From NCBI GenBank assembly GCA_016183235.1, contig JACPFA010000026.1:33284-97283 (forward strand): 64,000 bases of DNA. Direction: 5' to 3'. The position numbers and the translations under genes were made by a program. The DNA comes from Deltaproteobacteria bacterium. GTDB taxonomy: Bacteria > UBA10199 > DSSB01 > JACPFA01. The notes beneath the pieces were generated by a model. It was not told the origin of the DNA, did not search any database, and was given only the letters and a program-made list of their open reading frames with translations. Below, one piece after another: positions 43,678 to 51,406 of the stretch (its first letter is position 1; each line of letters begins with the position of its first letter).

Positions 43678-44973
43678 TTATCCAAAAAACCGCAGGGCTT
43701 CCTTTAACTCAGGTTTTCCTTGTGCATAAACTTCCAGAGAAGTTCCTTGCTGCACGGCTTCCCAGGCTTGTTGCAGGCTTTTCGCCCCCGCACTCACCCC
43801 CATGGGATGGTTAAAGACCCCACGCCCCGAAATAAAACCAAAATCAACGTGGCCAATTTTTTCATACACGCGAGGCAGGCTACCCGCCCAATCGCTGCCA
43901 CCGGGGATGGGAAGGCTAGCAGAAATCTGCCCCAGGGGGGCCAAACAGGCTGCCACGTTGGCCAAGACTTCTTCGTCGGTATTGTGCATGCGCTCGCCAA
44001 AACCGGAAAGGCCAATCATGTCACAGCCGGCCAAACGCAAGAGTTTGGTCCACACCACGGTATGCACCCCAAAATACTGCATGCGCGAGCTAATGGCCTC
44101 ACCGGCAAAATGACCCATTATAGGTAGTTTAGAAATTTTGCGCAAACTCACCACCGACGAAATGCCCATGGTGAAAGGATTCACCATCACGGCATTACTT
44201 CCGCTTGCTTCTACTTTTTGGTAATTCGCCAATAATTCGTCGGCTTCTCCACTGATATTCATGATCATCATTTTCTTATCGCCAGTTTCTTTTTCAGCAG
44301 CCTGCCGCCTATGCCCACATTGCTTGGCCCGCCGCTCGAGGGGCGAATTTACCTGATCAGCCAACATTTCATCGTCTTTGGTAATGTCTAACCCCCCCAA
44401 CCAGGCTTCATAAGCCCGCTGGGCAAAATCCCCCACGGGCAAGCCTAAGTTGGGCTTTACCACACCAATAAAAAAAGGCCTCCCCTTCACGCCCAAACTT
44501 TGACGCAAGCCCGCTAGCCCAAATTGGGGGCCCACAAAATTTTGCAAAAAGGTATCGGGAAGTTCCAGATTCATCAATTTAATAGTGGTAATGCCCGGAC
44601 AATAAAAGGGGCCCTCGCCAGCTAGCGCGGTTAAAAGATTAGCGAGCCTTGGCCCAAAATTAATATGGGGGTGAGCCACCCTCACCCGGCAGCGAGAATA
44701 GCGTTCTGAAATCCTGGCCGCCTCTGGGTATAAAGGCTTGCTCGATTCCCCCACCACTTCTAGATTCAAAACAAAGGCCCCGTGAATTTTGCGAAAATCT
44801 TCTTTCACCCCCGGGCGTTTCCACTGCACAGTACTTTGCTCACAAGCCAAGCTCGCCGCCGCAAGCTGTGGCTCAACTGTGCATTCAAAAAAATAATCGG
44901 CCAGCACATATTTTTCTAAATCAAGCTGTTCGGGATTAATAAAAAAGCCTTCGGCCTCTTGGAGGGTCAACAT
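43678..44973 (-). CDS. RuBisCO large-subunit-like protein (form IV RLP), not a carboxylase
   Basis: 431 aa. GRPFFIGVVKPNLGL...AWLGGLDITKDDEML aligns to RuBisCO GCTIKPKLGL...GGLDFTKDDEN. K175, K201, D203 and E204 are kept. K177 is N, and the H294/R295, H327 and K334 positions are substituted in my manual alignment. Confidence 0.8.
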   Translation of the reverse strand: MLTLQEAEGFFINPEQLDLEKYVLADYFFECTVEPQLAAASLACEQSTVQWKRPGVKEDFRKIHGAFVLNLEVVGESSKPLYPEAARISERYSRCRVRVAHPHINFGPRLANLLTALAGEGPFYCPGITTIKLMNLELPDTFLQNFVGPQFGLAGLRQSLGVKGRPFFIGVVKPNLGLPVGDFAQRAYEAWLGGLDITKDDEMLADQVNSPLERRAKQCGHRRQAAEKETGDKKMMIMNISGEADELLANYQKVEASGSNAVMVNPFTMGISSVVSLRKISKLPIMGHFAGEAISSRMQYFGVHTVVWTKLLRLAGCDMIGLSGFGERMHNTDEEVLANVAACLAPLGQISASLPIPGGSDWAGSLPRVYEKIGHVDFGFISGRGVFNHPMGVSAGAKSLQQAWEAVQQGTSLEVYAQGKPELKEALRFFG

Positions 44974-45057
44974 AATCCTGGCTTAAATCCAAAGGCCTCA
45001 AGGGTCAAGGCTATATTGCCACCTGATAACTGTCTTATGGGTTGGTTAAAACATCTT

Positions 45058-45087
45058 GCTATGATGCTAATTTTATGGCATCATAGC
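45058..45087. promoter_or_regulatory. inverted repeat, candidate vapBC operator
   Basis: GCTATGATGC-N10-GCATCATAGC has perfect 10-bp arms and ends 8 nt upstream of the vapB ATG. Confidence 0.45.
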
Positions 45088-45094
45088 ATCATAT

Positions 45095-45367
45095 ATGAGA
45101 ACCACAATGACAGTTGATGACGACATAGCCATCAAATTAAAAAAACAAGTCCGCGAATCGGGGAAATCTGCTAAAGAAGTGATCAATGATTTGTTACGGT
45201 TGGCTTTGTTAGAAAAAAGCCGGCTAAAGCCAAAAATTCTTAAGCCTGTTGAATTTGAACCGACTATTTTTAAAGGAAAACCGGGGCTTATGCCAGGCTA
45301 TTCTTGGGAATTGTCAGCCGCCCAAATCATGGATCAGCTTGACGAAGCCGATATTATTCACCCATGA
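45095..45367 (+). CDS. vapB: VapB-type antitoxin
   Basis: 90 aa, MRTTMTVDDDIAIKLKKQVRESGKSAKEVINDLLRLAL (RHH-like), with an ATGA overlap with the PIN gene. Confidence 0.7.
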   Translation: MRTTMTVDDDIAIKLKKQVRESGKSAKEVINDLLRLALLEKSRLKPKILKPVEFEPTIFKGKPGLMPGYSWELSAAQIMDQLDEADIIHP

Positions 45368-45789
45368 TTTTACTCGATATCAATTTCCTCATTTACGCCC
45401 ACCGTTCAGATTCTCCTCACCATGCTCAAGCGTTAAAGAAATTGAAAGAATTAGCTCAAACAGGTGCACCTCTCGGGCTCACTAGTTTTACAATGGTTGG
45501 TTTTTTACGGATTGTTACAAATCACCGAATTTTTAAAGAACCCACATCCTTCAATCAGGCCATTGCCTTTATCGATACGATCTTCAATTTACCTCAAGCT
45601 CACAGGCTTGAACCGCAAGAACGCTATTGGGATATTTTAAAGGCCGCCATCCGCGATACCGCCTCCACTGCCAACTTGATTTCAGATGCCCACCTAGCAA
45701 CGGTTGCTACCGAACATGGGGCTTCTATTCTCACGATGGATGCTGACTTTAGGCGCTTCAAAGGAATCAACGTCCTTAAGTGGAGCTAA
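45364..45789 (+). CDS. vapC: PIN-domain toxin (VapC family)
   Basis: 141 aa with MILLDINFLIYAH, a later SDAHLATVA and ILTMDADF, the PIN acidic residues. Confidence 0.8.
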   Translation: MILLDINFLIYAHRSDSPHHAQALKKLKELAQTGAPLGLTSFTMVGFLRIVTNHRIFKEPTSFNQAIAFIDTIFNLPQAHRLEPQERYWDILKAAIRDTASTANLISDAHLATVATEHGASILTMDADFRRFKGINVLKWS

Positions 45790-45790
45790 A

Positions 45791-47587
45791 ATGAAACCCG
45801 CCTATTTTACCAAGGGCTTTAAGGCCTTTCTCATGACCCAAATGTTGGGCGCCTTCAACGACAATTTTTTCAAAATGCTGCTTTCCCTTTATTTTATCAG
45901 CATTTTACAATTTCCCAATGCTGAAGAACTGCTGTTTCAGGCCAGCCTTGCCTTTACCGCCCCCTTTCTCATCTTTGGCCCCTGGTCGGGTTATTTGGCA
46001 GATCGCTATGCCAAAACCAAAGTGTTGCAAATCACCAAGGCCGCTGAAATCCCGATTATGATTTTGGGTACTCTGGCTGTAGCGTCTGCTCAACCAACGT
46101 TCATGAATATTGTTTTGTTTTTGATGGCCAGCCAAAGTGCCTTTTTTTCGCCTGCCAAGGCAGGCTTTATTCCCGAAACCGTGGGCGAAGCAGAAATCAG
46201 CCATGCCAATGGTTGGGTCGAAATGACGACTTTTTTTGCCATCATTGCAGGCCAGGCCTTAACCGGAATTTTGCTCAACCTTCATCATAATCGCGCCATT
46301 GTGATCACCTATTATTGTATTGTCATTGCGATTATGGGCACGCTCGCCAGCCGGTTTATTACCCCAACCGCGCCAAGCGGCGCCAAAGGCCCCTTCCCTT
46401 GGAACCCGTTCAGCGCCATCTTCAAAGACCTGCGTTATCTTAAATCGTATCGCGGGCTTTTTTTAGCCGGCCTAGGCAATAGTTATTTTTGGTTATTGGG
46501 TTTAATTTTTCAGGTGAATATTATTGTTTACGGAAAAAGTTTTCTTCATCTCAGCGAAACCTACAATTCATTGCTCGCTGCCTTCTTAGCCGTGGGCATT
46601 GGGGTTGGGTCGATGCTGGCGGCCAAACTGTCGGGCAAAAAAGTGGAATTGGGGTTGGTCCCTTTAGGGGGCATAGGGCTTACCTTTTTTAGCACCCTGT
46701 TATTTTTCACCAAAACTTCTTATCTGGCCAGCGGCATGACTCTCTTTCTCTTAGGAATCTCGGGTGGTTTTTACATCATCCCTTTATTTGCCTTTTTGCA
46801 ATTCGAAGCCGGCTTTAACGAAAAGGGCCGCGTGCTCGCCACCGTTGGGGTTATGAACGCCCTATTTTTGGTGATCGGCGCCTTTCTTTACAAACTTTTG
46901 GCCGTTCAATTAGGGCTCGCCCCTGATGTGCTCTGTTTAATCATGGGGATTCTTACCCTTGCCGTGGTTATTTATATTTGCACCCTCATTCCCGAATATT
47001 TCATTCGCTTTTTGGCCTGGCTGCTCACGCACAGTCTTTATCGCATTAAAATTAAGGGCCAAGAAAATGTCCCCTTTCATGGCCCGGCTTTACTCGTGGT
47101 TAATCATATTTCATTTATTGACGCACTTTTAGTGGGCGCCACCATTCAACGATTTATTAAATTTATCATGTGGAAAAAGATTTATGACATGCCGGTGATT
47201 CACTTTTTTTGTAAAATCATGCACGTGATTCCGATCGCCCCTTACGAAGGCCGTGAAGCGGTGATGGCAAGCCTGGCCCAAGGCCGCGCGTGCTTACAGG
47301 CCGGCGAGCTGGTTTGCATTTTCCCCGAAGGGGGCATCACTCGCACGGGCGAATTGCAACCTTTTAAAAAGGGATTTGAAACCATTATGGAAGGCATCCA
47401 CGCCCCCATCATCCCCGTTTGTTTAAAAAATGTGTGGGGAAGCATCTTTAGTTTCGAGGGCGGAAAAGTCTTTTTCAAATGGCCTAAAAAATTCTTTTAT
47501 CCGGTCACCGTTGAATATGGCCAACCCTTACCTCCCCACACTACAGCTGAGGCCGCCGAGAGTGTCTTGCGCCAAATGTTGGCCTAG
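45791..47587 (+). CDS. fused MFS transporter and 1-acyl-glycerol-3-phosphate-type acyltransferase (LplT/Aas-like)
   Basis: ATG 45791 lies 1 nt after the vapC stop. About 12 TM segments are followed by the acyltransferase motifs VNHISFIDAL (HxxxxD) and FPEGGITR. The track start at 45704 overlaps vapC and is rejected. Confidence 0.8.
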   Translation: MKPAYFTKGFKAFLMTQMLGAFNDNFFKMLLSLYFISILQFPNAEELLFQASLAFTAPFLIFGPWSGYLADRYAKTKVLQITKAAEIPIMILGTLAVASAQPTFMNIVLFLMASQSAFFSPAKAGFIPETVGEAEISHANGWVEMTTFFAIIAGQALTGILLNLHHNRAIVITYYCIVIAIMGTLASRFITPTAPSGAKGPFPWNPFSAIFKDLRYLKSYRGLFLAGLGNSYFWLLGLIFQVNIIVYGKSFLHLSETYNSLLAAFLAVGIGVGSMLAAKLSGKKVELGLVPLGGIGLTFFSTLLFFTKTSYLASGMTLFLLGISGGFYIIPLFAFLQFEAGFNEKGRVLATVGVMNALFLVIGAFLYKLLAVQLGLAPDVLCLIMGILTLAVVIYICTLIPEYFIRFLAWLLTHSLYRIKIKGQENVPFHGPALLVVNHISFIDALLVGATIQRFIKFIMWKKIYDMPVIHFFCKIMHVIPIAPYEGREAVMASLAQGRACLQAGELVCIFPEGGITRTGELQPFKKGFETIMEGIHAPIIPVCLKNVWGSIFSFEGGKVFFKWPKKFFYPVTVEYGQPLPPHTTAEAAESVLRQMLA

Positions 47588-47666
47588 TCATCAGCGCGCT
47601 TCGCAACCAAATCCAATTGACGCCGAGAATACTTTTTAAATTTTTTTAAACTTAGGGGATAATTTT

Positions 47667-48905
47667 ATGGGCGATCTTACATGTAATCAACTGCCACACT
47701 CTGTTGAAATTCAATCCTTCAAAGATGGACAGGTTTATACTGTCAGTCCAGAGCCCACCATACCTCAAGCCCAATACATCTTTGATATCGCGTTTCCCAC
47801 TAACGATCTTTATTTGGCCATGCTCAAAGATAGTAACAATGGCCTGTTTTGCGTGTACCCCGTTAAAGGCAGCGAACGCCTAATATCTGATGTCTTGCTT
47901 CGCGCGTATCAGCTTGAAAATAGCGAAATCCTACCCTTTGGAATCCCCTTTCCCTTGGCTTCTACGAATACTCGTATCCCAACGCTCGGAGTTCTCTACC
48001 ATCCTGACTCTAGTATTTTTCTCACCCTAAGTACCGAAAGTCTTCAGTGGCACTTGATTGGCTATGGGGTTGCGGTGGCTCATTATATGGGCTTATTTAC
48101 TACACTGAACGGCATTTATTACGATGCTTATAAACAACTAGCTGATGCCTCACCCCTTACTTCTGCTACATCCCAAACACCCGCTGTTTCACCACCACCA
48201 ACCTATCAAAGAGAGTTGCCCCTGTTCTTAGATTGGTTGTCTATGAATCACCCCATGCTAGCGCTCCAATGGGAACCTTTACTAACCTATGACGATGGCC
48301 CCAACCCCTTTGCAACCAGCCTTGCGCAATATAACCCCAGCCAAGATAAAATTGTGCTCCGCCCAGCGGCCCTAGAAATGATGCTTCAAGGGGAATATGA
48401 ATTGCTATTTTATTTCCTGCTTCACGAGGCAACGCATCGCGAATTGGTGATGGCAAACGTGCTTTCTCCCATTGCTATCATTGGCCCCAAAGTGGTTGCT
48501 TCTTACGCCACTCGGCTTTATGACGCTCGCCCCGGCAAAACAATTAACGAATGGAAACAAGCGCTTGGTTCTTTGCAACCTCTCTATTACCCTGATGAAG
48601 AAATTTTAGCCTATTTAAAACAATTCGATGCCATGCGCAGCGATCCGGATATTCCAGAAAGTGAATTAGAAAATGTGACTTTAAGTTTATGGAATCATAT
48701 CCAACAAACTTTAGATTACGGGAAGCACGAAAGCACGCTCGTTTTGGGCTATCTCTTATATGGTGTTGATTTTTTACTCCCCCAAAGCCCTCATGCTAAG
48801 CAATATAAAAACCTTTTTGTCGGTTGTTTTGACTACCAGAACGACCCCAGTTGCCAGGATCCCGTATCACTCTACACTCAACTCATGGCTCCGGAGGCTC
48901 CCTAA
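47667..48905 (+). CDS. hypothetical protein with an HExxH motif
   Basis: 412 aa with no signal peptide. LLFYFLLHEATHRELV is the only recognisable motif. Confidence 0.5.
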   Translation: MGDLTCNQLPHSVEIQSFKDGQVYTVSPEPTIPQAQYIFDIAFPTNDLYLAMLKDSNNGLFCVYPVKGSERLISDVLLRAYQLENSEILPFGIPFPLASTNTRIPTLGVLYHPDSSIFLTLSTESLQWHLIGYGVAVAHYMGLFTTLNGIYYDAYKQLADASPLTSATSQTPAVSPPPTYQRELPLFLDWLSMNHPMLALQWEPLLTYDDGPNPFATSLAQYNPSQDKIVLRPAALEMMLQGEYELLFYFLLHEATHRELVMANVLSPIAIIGPKVVASYATRLYDARPGKTINEWKQALGSLQPLYYPDEEILAYLKQFDAMRSDPDIPESELENVTLSLWNHIQQTLDYGKHESTLVLGYLLYGVDFLLPQSPHAKQYKNLFVGCFDYQNDPSCQDPVSLYTQLMAPEAP

Positions 48906-48910
48906 TTTTA

Positions 48911-49183
48911 TCACCAATAGGCGCAGCGCACTTCGGCTGGATCGATCACTCCATTATGGTTATGATCACAGCGGTATTCGAAGCGTGTGTTCACGCCCGA
49001 GGCTTTAATAATACGGCGCTCTCTTCGGCTAATCCACCCATCGTGGTTTAGATCGTACTTACGTTCAATACGAGTATTCACTTTAGGATCACGGATTTTA
49101 TATTGGTAGGGCCGGCTATAGGCCAAAGAAGTTATGAGTAAACTCATCATGCCTAATCCAAAAAAGAACCATTTCTTTTGCAT
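48911..49183 (-). CDS. small secreted protein with two EF-hand Ca-binding loops
   Basis: 90 aa with the signal peptide MQKKWFFFGLGMMSLLITSLAYS. The loops DLNHDGWISRRE and DHNHNGVIDPAE fit the DxNxDGxIxxxE pattern. Confidence 0.7.
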   Translation of the reverse strand: MQKKWFFFGLGMMSLLITSLAYSRPYQYKIRDPKVNTRIERKYDLNHDGWISRRERRIIKASGVNTRFEYRCDHNHNGVIDPAEVRCAYW

Positions 49184-49332
49184 AACGTGTCACCTCTCGA
49201 TTAAAAAATTGTTACAGGGTTTGCTCTGTTGGACACTCAAAGACCGAAAAAGGTTAAACTGTGTAAGTTGTTTTAATTTTATAAAGTTGGGGGCCAAGAG
49301 ATGCGGCAAGTCTATTTAAACCTTCTACCGCA

Positions 49333-49348
49333 CGGCATGAGAATTGCT
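49333..49348 (+). promoter_or_regulatory. sigma-54 (-24/-12) promoter candidate
   Basis: CGGCAT-GAGAA-TTGCT has GG and GC elements at canonical spacing. It lies 41 nt upstream of ATG 49389. Confidence 0.5.
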
Positions 49349-49388
49349 TAGTATTAAAGATACTATTAGGAAGGAAGGGGCTTGGGGC

Positions 49389-51404
49389 ATGGTTGGCTCG
49401 TGTCAAAATAAAATAACGTTAACGTCAGAAGATCAGGATTTTCTTCTCACCCTGGCTACCGAGCGCTATGACTCGCTTAATCCTAGCGAACATCCTGATA
49501 TTGATAGCCTGCCTGACCCCATTCTTTCGCTAAGAGATATTGAAAAAGCCCAAAGTAGATGGGCAGACACCTACGAAGACCGCGTATTATTGGGTGTACC
49601 ACCCGACGTGCCACCATTAGTTAATTGCTCTAAAGAAATTATTTACCAAACCGCTAAAGAATTTTTACAAAGCAAGGGGTTGGTGGCCAAAGAAGACGCA
49701 CGGGGGCTGCATTTAAAACCTAGTGACTATCATTGGGCCCTTTATGAAACGGGCGAAATTTTTACTCAACCAAGGCTTGTGGGACTAACGCAAAATTTTT
49801 ACGAAAGAGGAGAATATGAACGCGCCTCCCAAGTTTGGGAAAGTTACGTAAAAGCAAAAAATAACCCTGAGAATTCTGATACCCATTGGCTGAATTTTTT
49901 ACGAACCACAGCCCTTCGTTTTAAAGCCGGCAAAACTGTGATTCGAACCTACGACTTTTACACGGAGCATTCCAAACAACCGCTGTTTTTTTCCTCCCTG
50001 ATCGGCTCTTCTTTAAGCGTAAACATGCCCCATTCCGATGGACAAAATTACGCCCTTACCAAAGACATAACCCACTATTTAGGATTCCTTGCCGATATCG
50101 ATTTTGAAAATCTTTCTTTAGAAATGATTCAAGGTCATCCTGATCCTCTCGTACGAGAAAAACTCTCGATGGTGTTAAGTAGTTTGAGCCAAGATGAACT
50201 CCCCCGTCAAATCCCTGCTCCGCTTCGCACCCTCATTGATGTTGACGCCGCAGGCGTTTCCCTTGAAGGCCTAGCCCATTTGCGCAATTCTTTTATTCCC
50301 GAAACCCTCGAACGTGCTCGGCAATTTGTGCAAAATACTTTGGGCTTTACGCCTGCGGCCCTAAGCGAACGATTTCATGTGGCTATCACCCAACTTCCGG
50401 GTAAAAAACATCGTTCGCATGCGTATACTCAAAAAGCCCTTCTTATTTTAGACCTGGAGGGCAGGCCCGAGCCCAAACAACTTCATCGCGTTACCGTGCA
50501 TGAATGGACGCATCTTTTTACCAACAACCTTTGCATAGCCGGGGGACCTAGCGAATTTTTTTGTGAGGGCATTGCCTCATGGGTCGATACCCGATTTGCT
50601 GAATTAGAAGTCGATGACCCTACCCCTCCCGATACAACTCAATTTTATCGACCTCAGGAAACTTACAACCGATTTCATCGACCGCAGCAAGATACCCCAC
50701 AAGAAATCCAAGCAGAAAATCAAGATTACGTTTTGGGGCATCATGCCTGGCTCATGATCGAACAAGAATTTGGAGCCTCCACCGTTACGGCCATGGTGCA
50801 AGCCATTGAAGCTTTACCCGCTCCATCGCCCGAATTGCTCAATACTGAGATTGACAAAATATTTTTAGCTAAAACCGGGCTTGGCATGGAAGCTTGGTTG
50901 GCCAAAACTTCCCATCATCTGCAAACCACCCCCTATGGATTGCTTCGGCATTTTAATTTCTCTTTTTGGGCAAACCCTCAAAAAGATTTTTTGGCTGGCC
51001 TTGAAGTAGCAATCACCGAAACTAATCTTTTTCGTCAAAGCCTTCGCATGGGGGGAGGCCTCTTAGAGGCTCCTTCAGGTACCTTTGTCGCCGCCTATGC
51101 TGGGTATGGATCTGAACTTCCCCCCCTGGTTCCCTTTTATTACAATCGAAGGGGTTTAAGACTCTTGCAATTGAGTAGTGAAGCTGGCCTGTTATTTTTG
51201 GGTGCGATCAAACTTGTCCCTGAAGAACGTTATCTGCTTCGGCCTTACGCTAGTGTAAAAGCCGACCTGATCGGTTACGGGGATCGTGAGGGTGCAGCAT
51301 TTGTAAGGTTTGGCTTGGGTTTACAAAAATTTTTCGTGGTAGGAAATGCAGCTGAAGTTGGTGAACTCCCTTTCGCGGGAATTACCATCTCGATGGAAAA
51401 ATAA
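49389..51404 (+). CDS. zincin-like protein (HExxH...EG, peptidase-MA-like) with a beta-rich C-terminal region
   Basis: ATG 49389 after AGGAAGGAAGGGG is preferred over the TTG at 49344. VTVHEWTHLFTNNLCIAGGPSEFFCEGIASW resembles the gluzincin HExxH plus downstream Glu. Confidence 0.6.
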   Translation: MVGSCQNKITLTSEDQDFLLTLATERYDSLNPSEHPDIDSLPDPILSLRDIEKAQSRWADTYEDRVLLGVPPDVPPLVNCSKEIIYQTAKEFLQSKGLVAKEDARGLHLKPSDYHWALYETGEIFTQPRLVGLTQNFYERGEYERASQVWESYVKAKNNPENSDTHWLNFLRTTALRFKAGKTVIRTYDFYTEHSKQPLFFSSLIGSSLSVNMPHSDGQNYALTKDITHYLGFLADIDFENLSLEMIQGHPDPLVREKLSMVLSSLSQDELPRQIPAPLRTLIDVDAAGVSLEGLAHLRNSFIPETLERARQFVQNTLGFTPAALSERFHVAITQLPGKKHRSHAYTQKALLILDLEGRPEPKQLHRVTVHEWTHLFTNNLCIAGGPSEFFCEGIASWVDTRFAELEVDDPTPPDTTQFYRPQETYNRFHRPQQDTPQEIQAENQDYVLGHHAWLMIEQEFGASTVTAMVQAIEALPAPSPELLNTEIDKIFLAKTGLGMEAWLAKTSHHLQTTPYGLLRHFNFSFWANPQKDFLAGLEVAITETNLFRQSLRMGGGLLEAPSGTFVAAYAGYGSELPPLVPFYYNRRGLRLLQLSSEAGLLFLGAIKLVPEERYLLRPYASVKADLIGYGDREGAAFVRFGLGLQKFFVVGNAAEVGELPFAGITISMEK

Positions 51405-51406
51405 AT

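Noticed and set aside
43678-44973. Genuine CO2-fixing RuBisCO with the adjacent AAA+ protein as an activase
   Set aside because: Several catalytic residues are substituted (K177, H294/R295, H327, K334 in my alignment). There is no small subunit or Calvin-cycle gene nearby, and the ATPase is of the AAA_14/DUF4143 type rather than CbbX/CbbQ-like.
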